A DNA stretch of 64,000 nt from an uncultured delta proteobacterium (GTDB lineage: Bacteria; Desulfobacterota; Desulfobacteria; Desulfobacterales; UBA2156): assembly GCA_963736855.1 (NCBI GenBank), contig CAVTQK010000009.1, positions 32,001-96,000 on the forward strand, in the 5' to 3' direction. The notes beneath the pieces were generated by a model, which ran no database searches, was not told the origin of the DNA, and saw only the letters and a program-made list of their open reading frames with translations. The position numbers and the translations under genes are program-made. Shown here piece by piece: positions 61,971-64,000 of the stretch (its first letter is position 1; every line of letters starts with the position of its first letter).

Positions 61971-63517
61971 ATCTTTCTCGGTTGATCGAAAGGATAGCGT
62001 CGGTGCAGCCGGTTCAGCGGGTCGGTCCATCGGTTGAAGACGGGATCGATATCAGCGGCATTCATTATCGCGCCCAAGCCGTTGAAAAAGGGGGGATGTT
62101 CGTGGCCGTCAAGGGACAGAGCGCCGATGGACATGACTTCATTCATGAGGCGTTGAAACGCGGAGCGGCTGCAGTGGTGACTGAACAGCCGGTTTCCATT
62201 CATGTCCCCTGCCTTACGGTCAAGGACACCCGGAGGGCCCTTTCGAGTGCCGCCGCGGAGTTTTATGGAAACCCGTCCGGAGACATGACCCTTGTTGGTA
62301 TTACCGGCACAAACGGGAAGACGACCACAGCCTTTTTGGTGGAAAGCGTATTTCAAAAGGCCGGTTACCGCACAGGACTCATGGGAACGATTTTTTGCCG
62401 ATATGCCGGCCGGAGCATCAAAAGCCCCATGACGACACCCGAATCCCTGGATCTCCAGCGGATGCTGGCGGAAATGAAAAAAGGCGGTGTGACCCACGTT
62501 GTGATGGAGGTCTCCTCCCATGCCCTTTTCCTCTCCCGGGTGGAAGACTGTTGGATGGATGTAGGGATCTTTACGAATTTGAGCCAGGATCATCTCGATT
62601 TTCACAAAGATTTGGAGAGCTACTGGGAATCCAAGAAGCGCCTCTTTTCGGAATTGCTGCCGTCCGGCCCCAAAAAGGATCGGGTTCGATCCGTGTTCAA
62701 TTGCAACAATCCCAGGGGCAGGGAGCTTTTGGAGCAGTTTCCCCGGTCAGGCATCGGTGTGGGGTTTGATCCGGAAAACGCCATTTGGGCAAAAATTGTC
62801 AAGTCGGATTTATCCGGGATTCAGGCGATGGTCCACACTCCGGCCGGACCGTTTAAGGCAAGTTCCCCCCTTGTCGGTCTTCACAATCTGGAAAATATGC
62901 TTTGTGCGACAGGCGCAGGGTTTGCTCTCGGCCTTTCCTTAGAGACGATCCGGAGAGGTCTTGAAGCCGTAAAGTGTGTTCCCGGGCGATTCGAAACGGT
63001 CCCGGATGCCGCCGGAAGGCATGTAGTCATCGACTTTGCCCATACCCCGGATGCGCTGGAAAATACACTTAAAGCGATCCGGGGCCTGAACCCGGGTAGA
63101 GTCATCACCGTTTTCGGGTGCGGCGGAAATCGGGACCGGGAGAAAAGACCCCTCATGGGAGAAATCGCCGGCAGACTCAGCGATTGCGTCATCATTACTT
63201 CGGACAATCCCCGGAATGAAGATCCGAATGCCATCATCGAGCAGATCCGGAAGGGAGTTATTCGGTCCTGTCCGAAAGAAGGGGATTGCATAAAAGATGT
63301 GGGTACGGTTCACAAAATTTTTTGGATCGAGCCGGATCGAAGGTCGGCCATTCGGATCGGAATCCGGGCGGCGCGTCCGGGGGATGCGGTCCTCATCGCG
63401 GGGAAAGGGCACGAAACCTATCAAATCCGCGGGGATGAAACGGTTCATTTCGACGATCGGGAAGAAGCCGTGGCGGCCTTGTCCCAAAAAGAGCGGGAAT
63501 GTCGGTACAATGACTGA
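61967..63517 (+). CDS. murE: UDP-MurNAc-tripeptide synthetase (meso-DAP type)
   Basis: GITGTNGKTT, MEVSSH, DFAHTPDAL, DNPR, AGKGHE. Confidence 0.96.
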   Translation: MNLSRLIERIASVQPVQRVGPSVEDGIDISGIHYRAQAVEKGGMFVAVKGQSADGHDFIHEALKRGAAAVVTEQPVSIHVPCLTVKDTRRALSSAAAEFYGNPSGDMTLVGITGTNGKTTTAFLVESVFQKAGYRTGLMGTIFCRYAGRSIKSPMTTPESLDLQRMLAEMKKGGVTHVVMEVSSHALFLSRVEDCWMDVGIFTNLSQDHLDFHKDLESYWESKKRLFSELLPSGPKKDRVRSVFNCNNPRGRELLEQFPRSGIGVGFDPENAIWAKIVKSDLSGIQAMVHTPAGPFKASSPLVGLHNLENMLCATGAGFALGLSLETIRRGLEAVKCVPGRFETVPDAAGRHVVIDFAHTPDALENTLKAIRGLNPGRVITVFGCGGNRDREKRPLMGEIAGRLSDCVIITSDNPRNEDPNAIIEQIRKGVIRSCPKEGDCIKDVGTVHKIFWIEPDRRSAIRIGIRAARPGDAVLIAGKGHETYQIRGDETVHFDDREEAVAALSQKERECRYND

Positions 63518-64000
63518 ACATAGTGCAAAAAAGCAATCAAAGTACCTTTGGACCGTTTCCCGGATCCTTAAGACCACCGGCGGCAGACTCCTTTCGGGGA
63601 ACGAGGGGCGCCGATTTTCCGGCGTTTCCATTGATTCCCGGAAGGTTTCCCCTGGGCAGCTTTTCATCGCCATCATCGGTGAAAATTTCGATGGGCATCG
63701 GTTTGCCGCCGATGCGGTGGGAAAAGGGGCTTCGGGTGTTTTGGTGGAAAGGCGGAATGTGCGCCGGTTACCTCTGAAGCGGTTCCAAAATCAGGGAGTC
63801 GTCTGCGTGTCGGTATCCGACACCGTTAAAGCCCTCGGAGATATCGCGGCGGATCATCGCCGCCGATGGGGTGGAAAACTTGCAGCCGTTACAGGATCCA
63901 ACGGGAAGACGACGGCACGGAAGATGACCGCGGAAGTCCTGCGCCAGGGTTATGCGACACTATCCACCCTCGGCAACTATAACAACGAAATCGGGGTACC
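63510..64000 (+). CDS. murF: UDP-MurNAc-pentapeptide synthetase (partial, runs off the window)
   Basis: VSIDSRK, GENFDGH, AVTGSNGKTT, NYNNEIG. Confidence 0.93.
   Translation, partial: MTEHSAKKQSKYLWTVSRILKTTGGRLLSGNEGRRFSGVSIDSRKVSPGQLFIAIIGENFDGHRFAADAVGKGASGVLVERRNVRRLPLKRFQNQGVVCVSVSDTVKALGDIAADHRRRWGGKLAAVTGSNGKTTARKMTAEVLRQGYATLSTLGNYNNEIGV

Overview
Core-genome segment of an anaerobic deltaproteobacterium; gene content and style suggest Desulfobacterales (inference). The first ~2.1 kb is accessory: an apparent integron gene-cassette array (two attC sites; MazF/PemK and RelE-HigA toxin-antitoxin cassettes; a DUF5661-like gene) lying beyond the 3' end of tRNA-Val(GAC). No integrase is visible in the window. 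The rest is mostly housekeeping and metabolism: gcvH-gcvPA-gcvPB-lipB, era/engB, hisI-hisG, PBP1A, rmlA, a beta-CASP nuclease, aspS/hisS, an M16 peptidase, a BMP-type ABC transporter, a TAXI-TRAP transporter, glnS with tRNA-Gln, a Wood-Ljungdahl carbonyl-branch cluster (RACo, acsD, cooS, acsB, acsC, acsE, DUF3786) preceded by a CoA-transferase-GNAT fusion lacking its catalytic Glu, and the start of the dcw cluster (mraZ to murF). Also present are a MITE-like element with a 6-bp target duplication, a second structured intergenic element, and a 5'-deleted aminotransferase. The many single-base insertions in acsB, cooS, acsD and the DUF1850 gene look like long-read sequencing errors. All calls come from motif recognition by eye; no database searches were run.
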